From Vitrella brassicaformis CCMP3155 (taxonomy: Eukaryota > Protista > Chromerida), in the NCBI GenBank assembly GCA_001179505.1, contig CDMY01000275.1:310001-374000 (forward strand): a stretch of DNA of 64,000 nt, given 5' to 3'. Shown piece after piece: positions 24,701 to 38,573 of the stretch (positions are counted from its first letter, which is position 1; every line of letters begins with the position of its first letter). The translations under genes and the position numbers were made by a program. The notes under the pieces were generated by a model. It ran no database searches. It was not told the origin of the DNA and worked only from the letters and a program-made list of their open reading frames with translations.

Positions 24701-27700
24701 CGTGAGTCCCTGCACAGGAGCGTCAGGTGGCCTTCGCACTGCTTGAGGTGGCTGTGTAGATCGCCCGCGACAAGCCGGAAGGCCGCCTGGATGCCGTTCC
24801 ATGCTGTCGCTGCGTCCTTCATCGACACAAACGTGGCCCCGGTCAGCAGTTCCACTAGCCGTGACATGCACTGCACGGCGGCGCGGGCGTGAAAGGCCAC
24901 CTCCACCGCCTTGAGGTCCTCCAAGCCAGCTCCTCGAGCAACTGAAATGGCATCCTCGGCCAGCTGAATAATCCCCCTTGCATCGCTCCGCATAGCGGTC
25001 GGTGTGGCGGCGGACAGGCCTATGTGTGGCAGCCGCTGCAGAGCCACCCGCTGCTCCTCAAACCGCTGGACCAGCCGGAGAAGCGAGTCAGGCTGCTGCC
25101 CCTCTGTTGAGACCGATCCGAGCACCAGCCGCTGCCGAAGGTCACACTCCGCTCTCGCAAGCCGCGCCGTCTCCCGTGCGACGGCTAGTGACCCCACTGC
25201 AGCCGTCAACGATACTGGTGAAGTGGTCCTGTGCGCGTCGCCTTGGTGTCTGTTTGTTAGGGAGAGGACCCTGCCTAAGGAGACCGACTGGAGCGTCATG
25301 TGAGGCAGCCGACCTAGATCCTCAGTGCTGGTCTCCCGCCAGGAGCTGCCACTGCTGCCTTCAGCAGCCACTTGCAGAATGAGCTTCATGGTGGGCGAGG
25401 CAGCGAACGGAGCCGAGGAGAGGTATGTCGTGTGCTGTAGGAGCCGCGCTGCATCCGAAACATAGCCGTTCTGGATAATGCTCGCCAGTATTGACCCCTC
25501 GCCGCTCAGGTCGGCATCCTCAGCTGATGGGGTGGTTGCCAAGACGGACATCAGCTTCTCCATGCTGTCACGGGTATCAGTCAGGGCCACGGCGGTCCCC
25601 TCCATCGCCCGCAGTGCCAGGATGGAGAGGATGGCCGAGCCGCCCGTGAGAGGCGCCACACAGCTGGCAATGAAGCTCTCCTCCAGCAACGACCCATCCC
25701 CCCCATCGCAAGTCGACACCCGACGGACAGCCAATGCGTCGGCCCATCTCCGCAAGTGGCCCCAGTCCACGACGCAGCGATGCGAGTGGGCGCTGTGCAC
25801 AGCCCCCCTGGCATGCTCGGCCAGCCCTCTAAGCATCTCGCCGACCTCTTCTGAGGCTTCCGAAGTGTTGGTGTCGACGTGGTGGCTTCGGCTGAGATTG
25901 ATCATGAGAAGCACGATGTGCGCGAGAGTGAGGACGGCCGGGAGGGAGTCGGGCTGAGGGGGGGATGTCGGCCGGGAAGAGTTGAACACCCGCATGCCAT
26001 CGCAGCAGATGCGCAGGAAACCCAGGAGCCACTTGCCATCCGGGATAAACAACTCAGCCAGTGCATCGGGGTGTTGGATGGCTTTGTCCAGGACGCTCCG
26101 CTCCTCGCCAGCCAGACGTTCCGCAGCAGCAGCGATGGACTTTCGGATACCGTCGACGCGCCCACATTCCTCCGGACCATGATGGCCCACTGTGTCCTTG
26201 AAGGCCCGAAAGTAGCGCCCCATGGTCTCCAGCACATCCTCCACGACACTTGTGCCCCCACCATCTGCAGTCTCTCGGGCAACCTTGTTGCTGTCTGGCA
26301 GTGCCACCCAGTGGACGTCCTGGTGCCAGAGTGAGGGCGAGGCTGCCGTGTGGTCGACGTACACCTCCATGCAGCGGTTGCGAAGGGCCCGGGACAGCTG
26401 CTGGAAGGAGGGCGCCGACACGTCGGCCGTGAAGAACACGCGGAAGGACGGATGGGGCTTGATTAAACGGGGCGTGCCACACTCAGTCAACAAGAGAAAT
26501 CCTACAGACAGACCAGACGCAAAGCAATGCAAAGCAACCGGACAGACAGGACACCATTGGTAGGTACATTAATTAGAGCTAAGGGTGGGTGTGGGTCCGT
26601 CCTACCTACCATTTGGTTCGAGCAGTGAGTTGAGTCTGTCGAGGACGGCCGGTGCACTGAGGTGTGCGTTCCGCATTACCAGCCACTTGCCCTCCTCCAC
26701 CGCGCGGATGAGGCACCCGTCCACCCACTCGAAGCCAACAGCACCATCACCACTGGCCGCCCGGTGGGCACACACCTGCTCCAGATGGCTGCACTCCCTC
26801 GCAAGAGACGCCAGCTCGCCGGCCATCGACGACGAATCGGATGCCGATGGGCAGAGGAGCTCTCGCAGCTGATCCAAGACACTGTGTCGGGAGGGTCCGC
26901 TTCCTGCTGCTGCTGATGCTGCTGGGCTCGTCAGCGCTTTGACCGATTGCCGAAATGCCGCGAGCAGCTCACTCAGCTTGCAAGCGATGTGGTTGGCTGT
27001 TGGTGTGGCTGTGTCGTCATGACGGGTGGACTCGGCCAGGGAGCTGCATGCATGCCGGCACAGGATGTCCTCGGCCCTTTTGAGCAAAGTCGTCTGCAGC
27101 CGCTCTACGTCGATCTGTTCGAAGCACCCCAGCAGCTCAGTGGCGTCCATGGACGAGGTCAGGGGGATCTCCACCACGTCGGCGCAGGTCGCAGCCCCCA
27201 GCCACCGCACCAAAGAGGCCTTCCCTGATGCGGGGGGCCCCACCAGCAGGACAGGCCATGAGAGGGCCACTGCGTGTGCGATTGACGTGAGCAGAGATGC
27301 CCTGCTGTGGAGGCACGACACCGGCTTGGGCAGACAGCTGTCACCAGGGCGGGTGGCCAGCCTGAATGAATGAATGACACCACACACATCCACACATCCA
27401 CATCCAGGGGCACCTGTCTGTCGGATGTCACGTCACGTTGTGCGTGTCTGTCTATCAATGACCTACCTTGGCAGTGTCGCGGTGCCCAGTGTGACGGCTG
27501 CCGGGGTGACATTGACGCCTATCGGATACAGCACCGTGTCTTCGTACACACTACCCTGAAAGAGACAAAGGAGGAAGGGATACGTAGCGTAGCGTATCAA
27601 TACCAAAACTCCCGGAATGCATTGTTTCCCGCGGACTGACTCACTGGCGGTTCGTCGTCGGATCTTGCTGCAGCTGCCCCGAGAAACCTCATGACGGGCT

Positions 27701-30700
27701 CCACCCTCCCCTTGGCTGCCGACAGATCGGTGCACAGCTCTGCAAGCTTGCTCTCCGTCTTGGTCAGCTCCTCATCCGGAATGAAATGCTGCTTGATCTC
27801 ACGCAGCACCAAATGGCGGTCCCTGAGGCAGAGAGGGAGGGAGGCAGATAGTTAGATAGATGTCCATCTATCTGTTGCATTAATGGCTGATGGCCTTTGC
27901 TTTGCCATTGCGCACCCACCGTTCGTTTCTGAGTCTGGGGCAGCAGAGCAGGGCCGCCGAGCTGCGGGGATCGGGAGTCGGACTCTGCAGACAGAAACGG
28001 AAAGGCTCCGTCAGGACAGACAGCGGCATGTGATGACTCACATACCGCCGGCCTTGTTCAGATACCCACCTTTGTCTGTATCAGGCTGCACAGTCGTATG
28101 GCCTCCCTGAGGTTCCACTCCCACTCGTGCCCGCCCTCAAACGACTCACGACGACACACACCCTGGACGGCATGAATGAAGCCGACGGCCTGGACCACCA
28201 GCCTGTCACTCAGCCCCTCCTCCTTTGTGTACAGATGCCGGCAGATGAAGAGCATGTCCTCCTGGTGGAGTTGCTCCACCACCACCCTCGTGAACCGATT
28301 GAGGAACGACCGCGGCAGCCCCTTGCGTCCCCCGCCCTGGCCCACGGGGTTCTGGGTGGCGAACAGCCTGAAGGACGGGGCGCACCTCACTGTGGCGTCG
28401 AGCTCGGGTATGAAGATCTCCTTCCTGTGGTCGAGGAGAGCGTTGAGTCCCTCGAGCACCGGCTGAGGCGCCAAGTTGAGCTCATCCAACACCACCCAAG
28501 TACCCTCCTTGACCGCCTTGAGCAACACGCCGTCCACCCACCTGGCAGGGCAGGCGCACACACATACGTACAGTACCGGACACACAACACAGACAGGTAT
28601 GGGTGTGGTGTGCGAAGAACCAACCAGGTACCGTACAAACACACCCATCCACCCCATGGCTGGCAACGAGCCTCACCTGAAGCGAGGGGCTGACGTGGCC
28701 CCGATGCCCTGTCCTTCACTGGCAGCATCGGCTGGTGCGGGCAGGTCGGCGCCCAGCAGGTCCATGATGTCCGTCTGCTCCGACAGATTGATGCGCACCA
28801 GTCGGTTGCCCGTCCTCTCCGCCAGCGCCTGGATGATCGTCGTCTTGCCCACGCCGGCAGGACCCTCCACCAGCACTGCACGCTTCAGCTGCAGGGCACG
28901 AAGCAGCCGACCCAAGTTCTGGGCCGTCGTGGGTGCAGCGAAGGCGAATCGCTGCGGAGGCTGCTCCGACACAAAGCTCCCACAGGCGATCTGAAAGTCG
29001 CCCATGCGGAGTGTGTGTGCCTGTGGGGTCAGGGAGGTCGACGAGAGCGCCTGATGCACCCAGCTGAAGCCCCCCTGTCCGAAGGCGGTCTTGACCGCCG
29101 CCCACTCGCCAGCTGAGAGGCCTGATGCCGCCCTGATGGAGTGCTCCATGTCGGTGAGGATGAAGGACAGCACGTGGGCGTGTTGGCTGTTACGCGACAG
29201 ATGGCTACTGGCGGCAGACACACGGCTGGCCTGTCGGGTGAACAGCAGGCAGGACGTATGGCGTGCCGTGGGCTGAGTTGAGCTGAGTCTCTCTCTTTCT
29301 CCCTCGCTCACCATACCTACCATGGATTTGTCTGTGAGTGCGTTCCCGAGGCCAAGCCCATCCATCAGAATCATACACGCGCCTGCAGGGCCCCCCACAG
29401 CCCCAGCCATACACACAAAAACACACACAAGTGGGGTTAGACAAGAGCTAGCTGTGCAGCCACGAGCGCACCGCACCTAGCCCAGCTCAGCTCTCCTCCC
29501 CTTCCTTCCATACCGTGCATGAAGGCCATGACAGCTGCCCTTGGCGAGCCCCCCATCTGGTGGTGCATCTCGCTGACAAAGTGTACCCAGCTGAGAGCGT
29601 CCCTTGGCGTCAGCGGGTGCAGCGCCCGAGCGTTGAACCACCGCACCGTCTCGAGGGTGGAGTGTGTCAGGAACTGCGCACCGGCAGGCAGCCGCTCCCG
29701 CACCATCTGGACCGCATCCTCCGACGCGAAGCTGAAGGCCGGCACCCACACCTCCGTGAAGCGGTTCCTCAAAGCTGGCGAGAGCTCTCTCTTCCCATAG
29801 TCACCGCCAGGGTTCATGGTGGCCCACAGCCGAAAGGATGGGTCGGCTGATATCACGTCGATGTGTGCGCCGCCCTTCTCCGCGAGCAGCAGCCGCCAGT
29901 CGGGCTCGAGGACGGAGTTGAGCCGCTCCAGCACCGAGTCCTCGGCGAGCGAGATCTCATCGAGAAGGAAGTGGTCGCCCGCCCTCAGGCTGTGGGTGAG
30001 CGGACCATCCACCCACTCAAAGATCGCCTCCGCCGCCAGTAGAGCCTTCTCCAGACCCACAGCCGCCTCATCGACGCGACGTGATGCGTCAGCAGTGACG
30101 TCTTGTGGTGTACCGTCTTCAGCCTGTCTGGGGCTGTCTCGCCGCTCTGTGCACAGACGTTTGGCGGCTGGCGATGCTGTGGCCTCCTGTGTGCTACGGC
30201 ACGCTGCTGGTGGTGGTGTTCTCACGTCGGTGCGGAGTCTTTCTCTGAAAAGCCGCAGCTGCCCCACCAGATGTGCCGAGGGCAAGGTGGCAGGTTCGTC
30301 TCTCGCCGAAGCGTCGATATTGTCCCGTAGGGAGGGGCTGTGTGCGAGGGCTGCAGTGATGAGGCGGGCGGTGCCGGCTGCTGCAGTGCTGTCGTCAGCC
30401 GCACCCCCACCGTCCACAAGGTCGTCCAGAAGAGTTTTGAGTGCTGCGGCGGATCGGCGTACCTCCTGCGTCAGCGGCTGTCGGTTCCGCAGCGGCCGCA
30501 GGGTGCCCAGTATGTCGGCCGCCTCGGTGTGCTGGTGACAGTTGAGAATGTGCAGCTCCCGCCCCGCCGTCCAGCTGATGGCCTGGCACACAGTCGTCTT
30601 GCCGCTGCCCGTCTCACCCACCATCAACACAGGCTCCTGGAACCGAAGGCAGCGACTCGCGAGAGCCACTAGCCGACAGAGCCCCTCTGTCCATGTCAGC

Positions 30701-33700
30701 CCTTTGTCAGGGAAGCCGGGCGGAAGGGCAGACGCCCCTCCAGAGAGCTTCTGGGCGAGTTGAGTCTTAGTGGCCTCTACGTAAGGGTCGGTGGTGTAGT
30801 TGATGTGGAGGGCTTTGCCCTTGAGGAGGTGCCTCTCCAGCACGGACTTGACCTCTTGTTTCTCCTCGTCGACCCTCAGCCGCTCGGCGATGAGGCAGTA
30901 GCCCTCCACTGCCAGCTGCTCCATGCTCTCCGGCTGCCGATGGCCCCAACGAAGCAAATCACGGACCGTCATGAAACTCTGAGACCCGCCAAACACCTGT
31001 TTTAACACACAGACAGCCACACACACATCATGCAGCCATATATATTGGTGTCGTGTTACTTACTGTGCCTCCCTGTCTGTCTGCTTACCAGGCTCTTAAG
31101 CCGTCGTGTCTGCAGCGCCTCATAGACCTTGATCATGGCCGAGCAGAAGGCTGGCGGCAGCGAGCAGCGCCGCCCGATGATCATCTGCAGCTCGCCCCGG
31201 GGGATGCTGTCGACGTACAGCTCCAGGAACCGATTGCGGAAGGCCCGTGAGAGCATCTTGCGGCCGCCATAGGCCCCGCCGGCGGGGTTCTGAGTGGCGA
31301 AGACCATGAACTCGGGGTGGGGCTTGACGATCGTGTTGGTCTCGGGGATGTACAGCTCACGGTTGTCGTCCAGCAGACGATTCAATGCTGTCCACCACCA
31401 CAACACACAGAGAGAGATGATGTTGCCTTGCCGCCTCCCTTGTGGTGTGGCGTTGGTCTGTCTGGCCACTTAGTCACCTTCGAGCACTTCGCTAGGCGCG
31501 AGATTCAGCTCGTCGAGCACCACCCATTGCCCCTTTCTGGCAGCCTGTACGAGCACGCCCTCCTGGAAGACCAGCCTGCCGGTGGTTGGGTCGGGGATGT
31601 ACTGGCCGAGGTACTCTTGTAGGTCTGTGTGCTCGTGGTTGTTGATGCGGACGAAGGGGTGGCCGGTGAGCCGACTGATGAATGACACCATGCTGGTCTT
31701 GCCCGACGACGTGGGGCCCTCCAGCAGGACAGGGGTGCGGCCGCCGCTCAGGATGCGGCCGAGATTCTTGAGGTGGTGCTGGGTTGGTTGGCGGTGGGAC
31801 ATAAACAGCACAGACAGACGCGTGTTTTGACGGACGGGTGTGGTGTACGGGTTTAGGTGGTTTCTGTGCCTTACTTTGACGGATGGCGTGACGACAAAGT
31901 CCCTGTGGGCGGCATCGAAATCAATCGCCTCGTCACCGCTCTGGATCCAGTGGCCCTCCACCGACACCCACCGCCTCCCCTTGACACCAGGCTGCTCCCT
32001 GCCCCCCTTACTGCTGATGGTGCTGCTGGTGCTGCTGCCGTCCTCGGCCTCCATCTTGCACTCTGCTGTCGGGTGTGCGAACTCTATCACACCGCCGCCC
32101 TTCTTCTGGGTGAAGGCCTGCTTGGGCATGGTGGTGGGGGCGGCGAGTTTTGCCAGGGGTACGCGCAGCTTCTGGCAGATGAGTTCCGTCAGCTTGTCCG
32201 CCGACGTGCGGTGCAGGGGGGTCGCGAAGGCCATCAACAAGCCTTCCGCCAAAGCATCCTGAACGACACACACGACACGAATACACAAGCATGCAATGTG
32301 GTGCCCGTCCGTGTGTAGTGTGGTGCGACTTGCCTGCTCACCATCGGTGGACATGGCCGGTGACCCCTTCTCGCCACAGCGACGGCATGCTTGAGCGCCC
32401 GGACCAGCGTCCGCAGCGACATGTTTGGCACCTTGCCGCTGCCGTCCTCAAGCTGGAACGACTGACACATCTCCCGGGTGCCCAGGTAGAAGTCAACGAT
32501 GTCGTCGACGGGCGGCTCAGGCATCAGGCTCCTCAGGTATCCCTTCACAATCAGACGCAGGTCGGCTCGCGAGCTCACGAGGTCCACAAATATCTCGGTG
32601 AAGCGCTGGCGGAAACCAGGTGGGAGCTCCCTCTTGCCTGCACTGACCTCACGATGCTGCGGCTGACGATCGGTCGCCTGGGGCTCATCTTGGATGGAGG
32701 AGGGCAGCACGGTGGCCGGCACTGTTGGGGGGTTCATGCAGGCGAACACTCTGAAGTTGGGGTGGGGCACCACGGGATCGCCGCGCTTCTCCGACAGGAT
32801 GAAGGGGGCCGTGGGGTCGTCCAGGAGGCCTTCGATGCGCTGGAGGATGTCGGCCTGCGCCAGATTGATCTCATCCAGGATGATCCACTCACCCTTCCGC
32901 AATGCCTCCACCAGAATGCCCTCCCGAAAGTCGAAACGGAGCGCTCCGGCCCCGGTTCTGCCGTGCTGCTCCTCGCTCCTGACCACATCAGCGATCTGTA
33001 GACAGTCGCTCTCGAATGTAGCCCAGCTGGTGAGCAGAGATCCATCCCCGCCGCCGCCTCGGCCTCTCTGTTCGTTTAGCTTCTGTAGGGCCGTCCTCGC
33101 AGTGGCCAGGAAGGCGTTGAGCAGCGCCGCCCACCTCGACGCCGTCACGTCAGCCACCACGCGCCTCAATAAACCGGCGTTTTTGGTCTTGGAGAATGTG
33201 CGTGGGAAGAGGTCGCTGCTGAACCTGTCGAAGAGGTCCCTCATCGTCTGGGAGGGGTCGACCGGCTGCAGGCCACCGATGAGCTCCTGGCTCTCGCTCT
33301 GCTCGCTGAAATTGTAGACTCTGAGGTCCACGTCCACGAGTGCGGCGAGGTGTTGGATGATGGATGTCTTGCCGGTGCCGGTATCGCCCACCAGCAGGAC
33401 GTTCTCGCCATTGGCTATGCACGAGGCCACGCTCTCCATCAACCGGCTGTGCACCGACGTGTACGCGAAGAACGTCCGGTGGGCAGGTGGGGCAGACGGA
33501 CGGCCTGCGGTGGTGGTGGTGGTTGGTTTCTTGAGTTGGATGTCGCCACACGTGACGTGGTCATCGAATGCCGAAATGGTGGGATGCTCAGCCGTTAGCA
33601 GATGCTCAACCTAGGATGACACAAGATGACACGCTGTCGCCCATGGCTACAGACGATGGGTTGGTCATTCTCTCGGGCACCGCACCTGATCTGCCGTCAG

Positions 33701-36422
33701 TTGGAGTCTGCCCCCAAACGCCTGGGCGGCTCTGACCCTCACCCAAGGGTCAGGAGTATGCGCCAACAATGTCTGCCCCCCAACCAACACACAGCATCGC
33801 ACCCATGCCATGAATCGAATCCATGGGATATTCTGTTGGTGCCGGGTCGGACCGTACCGTGGCAGCGTGTTTGAGTAAGCACATGCGCGTGCTCTCGTTG
33901 AGCGGCAGCACCAACGGACACAGGTGCCGCTCCACCCGATGGCAATACTTGAGCAAATCACCCAGACCGCCCACGCGATGGGCCACACCTACACCTACAC
34001 CACTGCCCCCCCACCCACAGCCCTCCGACGCCTGCAGGCCCTTGAAGGCACCCATGACGGCCGGCACGATTGGCTCCAGGGACGGGTGACGCAGCACTAT
34101 GATATCACACGCATCCTGATTGATGCCGTCCGTCAGCACACAGCAAATATGTATCAGCGTGTCATTCACGTGTGTGTCGGTATGCTCCTCTCCCAGTGTC
34201 ACCTTGTCCGTGGGCGTTGGCACACCGATTGACGCCCATCCCGATGTCAGAGCCGGCGGCCTCTCGGGCGGCGACGCGATGCGCAGATGGAGCTCCTCCA
34301 CACTGCTGACATGGGCATCAGACACCGACGCCGACTCTCTCCTATGCCGCGCTGTTGTGTCGCTTGTCGTGAGTGTGCCGAGGAGACGAAAGTGGGGGTG
34401 GGCGGTCAAGGACTCGTTGCGCTGCGGTATCGACAGGGTGCGGCCGTTCACAAGGGGCAGCAGGGCGGCTAGGATCTGCAGACAGACAGGATGGAACACA
34501 CAGTTGCGAGCAGGGGTAATGTGTGCGTGTGTGTCGTCTTTTATGTGACCTCCTGTGAGATTTTGTCGACCTCCTCCAGTACCAGCCACTTGCCTGACGG
34601 TGCATACCAACCAGCACAGACACACAAAATGTTGGTCATGTCGCTCAAGGAAACCTGAGTGCGTGTGTGGTTGTGAGTTACCCTGTGTGAGGGCGTCGAC
34701 GAGTATGCCTGGACGCCATTCGAACTCCCCAGCACGCTCGCCGCTCACGTACGCACCTGCATAGACAGCAAAGCAAAGGACACACAACAAACAATGAATG
34801 ACACACTGCGATCGTGCGGGTGCCTGCCTGCGCACCGAGGAGGCTCTTGGAGTCGGCCTGGTCATCCAAATGGAGAAATATCGGCGTGGGGGCTCCTGCA
34901 GACGGATGGACAGACAGACAGACAGACAGACACAGATGTATATGAATGCAGGCCAGGCCGCAAGCGTGCCGGCAGCCCCCACCCCCACCTAGTATTTTGG
35001 CCGCATAGGATATGAAGAAGGACTTGCCACACCCAGACCGGCCCCACAGCAGGACGGGCGTGGTGCGTGTCACCAACAGCAGCAGCTCCCTCAGCACACA
35101 TGACGCGGCCTCAGTTGGCGCAAAGGCAAGCGGCCGGGGCGCAGGAGAAATCATTGGCCAAGGCCCATCACTCGGTTGAGCATGTGGTGCGGCGAAACGG
35201 GGCACCATGAGCCGCTCCATAGCTGAACTGTGATCCCCTTTGCCGCCCAGCGTCACCACAGGTAGCACCTGTTGCCAGCCTCCCACACTCAGGAGCGCAG
35301 CGATGTCCGTCATGCTGCTACCAGAAGGCCCGTTGTCGGCTCGCAAGAAGGACAGCACCGGCAGTAAACCCTCCATCGACTCGTCAGAGATGCGGCTGAG
35401 GCCAAGCCTCCCCAAAAACGCCTCCCTGGACGGATGGATGGGAAAGCAAAGCAAAGCAAAGCACACACACGCGGTCCGGTCACTCCAACGAAAACAAATG
35501 AGCATGTTCTTATTCTTGCTTCTTACTGTGCTCTCGGCGCCATTCTGAGGACGTGTGCCGCGATGCTCCCGACGATAGACCTGAGGGTGTGCGGCGATCG
35601 GCCATCGTGCATCAGCGCCAACAGCGGTGTGACATCCCAGATGGCACGAACACCAGGACAGCTGACATACAAAAGCAATGATGACGTAAGACAGACCATG
35701 ACACTCGTCGGCACCCCACACGCACCTTTGAAGCAGCCTGAGGATGGCCTGGCAGATCCGAATGTCATTCACACCCCTCTGACCACCGCCGCCATGCTCC
35801 TTAGTGGCGCACACAGATGCAGTGCATGCCTCCAGCAGACTCCCCCTTGTCCGGTCGAGCAGCAGCTGGACGCGATCGCGGAGAAAGGGCTCGTGCGACG
35901 CTCTGCTGAGGAGGATGCACCACCTCTCGTCAGTGGAAAGGCCTGTCCACAACCAGCCAGCCAGCCCCACTTGGACATCACCCTGCCCTGCCCACCGTGG
36001 TAGGTACCCTACCTGAGTCGTCCATGTGTCCTTGATGCGCACTCGGGTCATCGCCCGCATCCACAGCGGCAACCTGTCTGTCAAGGTCCGCGATAATGAT
36101 CAAGAGGGAGAGGCACGGGAAGGCTCCAACCACGCCCGATGCCAGCTCCGGTTCCAGCAAGCCTTCCCGCAAAGCGTCGACCAGCTGACGCTGCCCGAAG
36201 AGCACCGCATCCTGTCGAACCACAAACATGGCTGAATGCACCCACTCGCCGTGTGTCTGTCTGTGTGTGTCGCATGGCTTGCCTCACCTTGTCGTCCATG
36301 CTGATGTTGGAAGCAGCCTGTTCGACCCGAACCGCCCACGATCTCCACCTGGCGGCGTCTTCCGCCATACCTCTCACCAGATGCCTACACAGATCTTTCA
36401 GAGCCTGACCGTTGGACTTCAT
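11860..36422 (-). CDS. MDN1: Midasin (Rea1) AAA+ ATPase for 60S ribosome maturation; many exons over about 24.6 kb
   Basis: Six AAA modules in order, with Walker A GRSGCGKS (~35020), GDTGTGKT (~33380), GPTSSGKT (~31710), GETGSGKT (~30600), GPAGVGKT (~28850) and GPPASGKA (~27230). Then a long linker, a D/E-rich region (~13500-17100), conserved LQGDYKTGKRISMKKVIPFIASNYRKDKIW, MIDAS DNSRS and IVTDG, and terminal FPFPYY...VIRQWF. ATG at 36422. Confidence 0.97.
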
Positions 36423-36525
36423 TCTTTCTCTCGATGAATGAGATGAATGAACCAATCAATCAATCGCCTCGACACACAGCCGCAGCAAAACGCATCCGCG
36501 GCCCGCTTCTCGCAGGTGAACCACT

Positions 36526-36553
36526 GCGAGCTTAGCAGCGAGCTATAGCTCGC
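36526..36553 (+). promoter_or_regulatory. GCGAGCTTAG motif plus perfect 16-bp palindrome GCGAGCTATAGCTCGC
   Basis: Motif at 36526-36535 and palindrome at 36538-36553, in the 161-bp MDN1/rps10 divergent spacer. Confidence 0.6.
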
Positions 36554-36583
36554 GACTCAGCAAAGAATCTCTCTCGTCTGCGA

Positions 36584-38559
36584 ATGAAGCTGGATGTAGC
36601 GATGGCAGTGGGGGACAGATGGCGGCCGTTTCCGCCGCTGTGCCTCATCTTGCTGTGGGTGATCTCCGCCCATGCCTTTCGAGCACCTGTTGGCGGCTTC
36701 GGTGGCGCATCACTGAGGTCAAGAGCAGCGCCTGCATCACCCATCACAGTGCCATCAAGATCCCTCTCCCCACCTGCCCCCCGTCGAGTGCTGCTCTTCG
36801 CAAAGTCATCAGAGGTGAGGACGGGACGGACCACTGCACAAAGAGCGAGCGTGCATCATGAACAAGGTGCTTGGTGGTGTGTGTCTGCAGGCTGATCAGC
36901 CGAAGGACGAGCCAGCAGCAAAGGCAGAATCACCAGCTGCTGAGCCAACTGCAGAGGCCAATGTACCAGCCGCTGAACCAGCTGAAGAGAAAGAGGCGGC
37001 GGCTCCTGAGGAGGCGCTATCGGTGGCCGAGGAGCCTCCAGTAGTGACGGAGGTCATCGCAGAGGTGGCGGAAGAGCCGCAGCCGGAGGAGGAAGTGCCC
37101 GAGGTGGCAGCTGTGGAAGAGGCGGTTGCCGATGAGAGTGCTGAGAGCGAGAGTGAGGTGCAGGAGGTGTCTGAGTTGGACGAGGCTGCTGCCGCTGCAG
37201 TGGCCGCTGCCGAAGAGGGGGGCGAGGAGGAGCTGTACGAGGAGGTCAACCCCATGAGCTGGCCAGAGAACAAGTACCTCAGGATCGCCATCAGGGGATA
37301 CACTAAGGTGTGTCAGTCATATAGACAGCCAGCGCAAGCAACAAACACATCACCACCGCACCGCACACTGCTCATCGTCATGACCCGTTTGTGACCGCAC
37401 CGCCTGGCCTGGCTGTGCTGTGCTGGTTGTGTTGTGTGCTGTGCAGGTGGACATGAACACGGTGACGGAGAGGATCCTGGAGGCCGTCAACAAGATCGAC
37501 GGCCTCAGAGCAAAGGGGCCACACTTCTGCAAGACAAGAAGGAAACGGTCGGTCGGCATACAATACATACATGTGTATCACATATACACACACATACAGC
37601 CTTACCACTTGGTCTGTCTGCACTCGTGTGTCATGTCATGTGATGTGTGCAGGTTCTGTGTGTTGAGGTCGCCTTTCGTCAACAAGGATGCACGAGAGCA
37701 CTTTGAGATCAACTTCCACAAGAGGTTCATCGACATCTACCCTGAGGGGGAAGGACGTAAGCCACCAATGCAACCGGCATGCACTGCGCCCGCGGTAATG
37801 ACTTTGCGTGCATTTGTGGTCGCTGTGTGCAGCCAAGGTGATCGCCGACTTTCTGGACGTTGAGCTGCCCGACGCAGTCGGTGAGGAATGCGCACAAACC
37901 TTCACACACACATGTATGTGTATTGATTCGTGTCCCTTGGGTCCGCCGTAATCTGTCTGTGCAGCGGTTGATGTGCGTTTCGAGGACACGCGCAAGCCCC
38001 TCCGGCAGAAGCAGATCCACAAGCAGTTCCGTGATAGGTGGACGTCCAAGTACATGGAGTACGAGTGGGACTTTCCCAAGAAGAAGGCCGTCATCGATGA
38101 GATCCTCTCGCCCGAGCTCATCGACTCCATCCCCATCAAGATGTTCCCAGGCAAGAACTTCCACATCCTCAAGAGGTTCCCGCTGCAGGAACTTGAGAGC
38201 AACCTCGACAAGTGAGTGAGACATGAGGCAGGCACACCACAGACCCACCGACACACCGACCCACCGGCGGACAGGACAGGCAGAGTGGGAGGGAGGGAGG
38301 GAGGGAGGGAGGGAGGGAGACATTCGTATATTCGGTCATTCTGTATGTATGTATCGTGTTGTTTGTGCACTTTAGGATAAAGGAGAACAAGAAGTTCTGG
38401 GAGGACTTCTATGCGAGGAAGGAGCGGCATCTCACCAAGGCCGACCGTGAGGCGGGCTACACGGCTGTGCCCAAGGACTACTCGTGGCTCATGGAGCCGG
38501 GCGCTATCCAGCGAAACATGGAAAAGGCCATCGAAGCACAAAAAGCTGCCAAGGCGTAG
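36584..38559 (+). CDS. rps10: Nucleus-encoded organellar (probably plastid) 30S ribosomal protein S10 with bipartite presequence, acidic N-terminal insert and C-terminal extension; 7 exons
   Basis: S10 core LRIAIRGY...[29 protein letters not shown]...LPDAVAVDV. The N-terminus has a signal peptide ([13 protein letters not shown]) followed by F and an R/S/A/P-rich transit-like stretch. Stop TAG at 38557-38559. Confidence 0.88.
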
Positions 38560-38563
38560 CGTA

Positions 38564-38573
38564 GCGGGCTTAG
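38564..38573 (+). promoter_or_regulatory. GCGGGCTTAG motif variant
   Basis: 4 bp after the rps10 stop and about 180-200 bp upstream of the WW-gene start. Confidence 0.4.

Noticed and set aside
36213-36290. Apparent frameshift or stop after midasin exon 1
   Set aside because: Resolved by the downstream acceptor (ttcgacag|GATGCG), which keeps phase 0; no pseudogenisation is needed.
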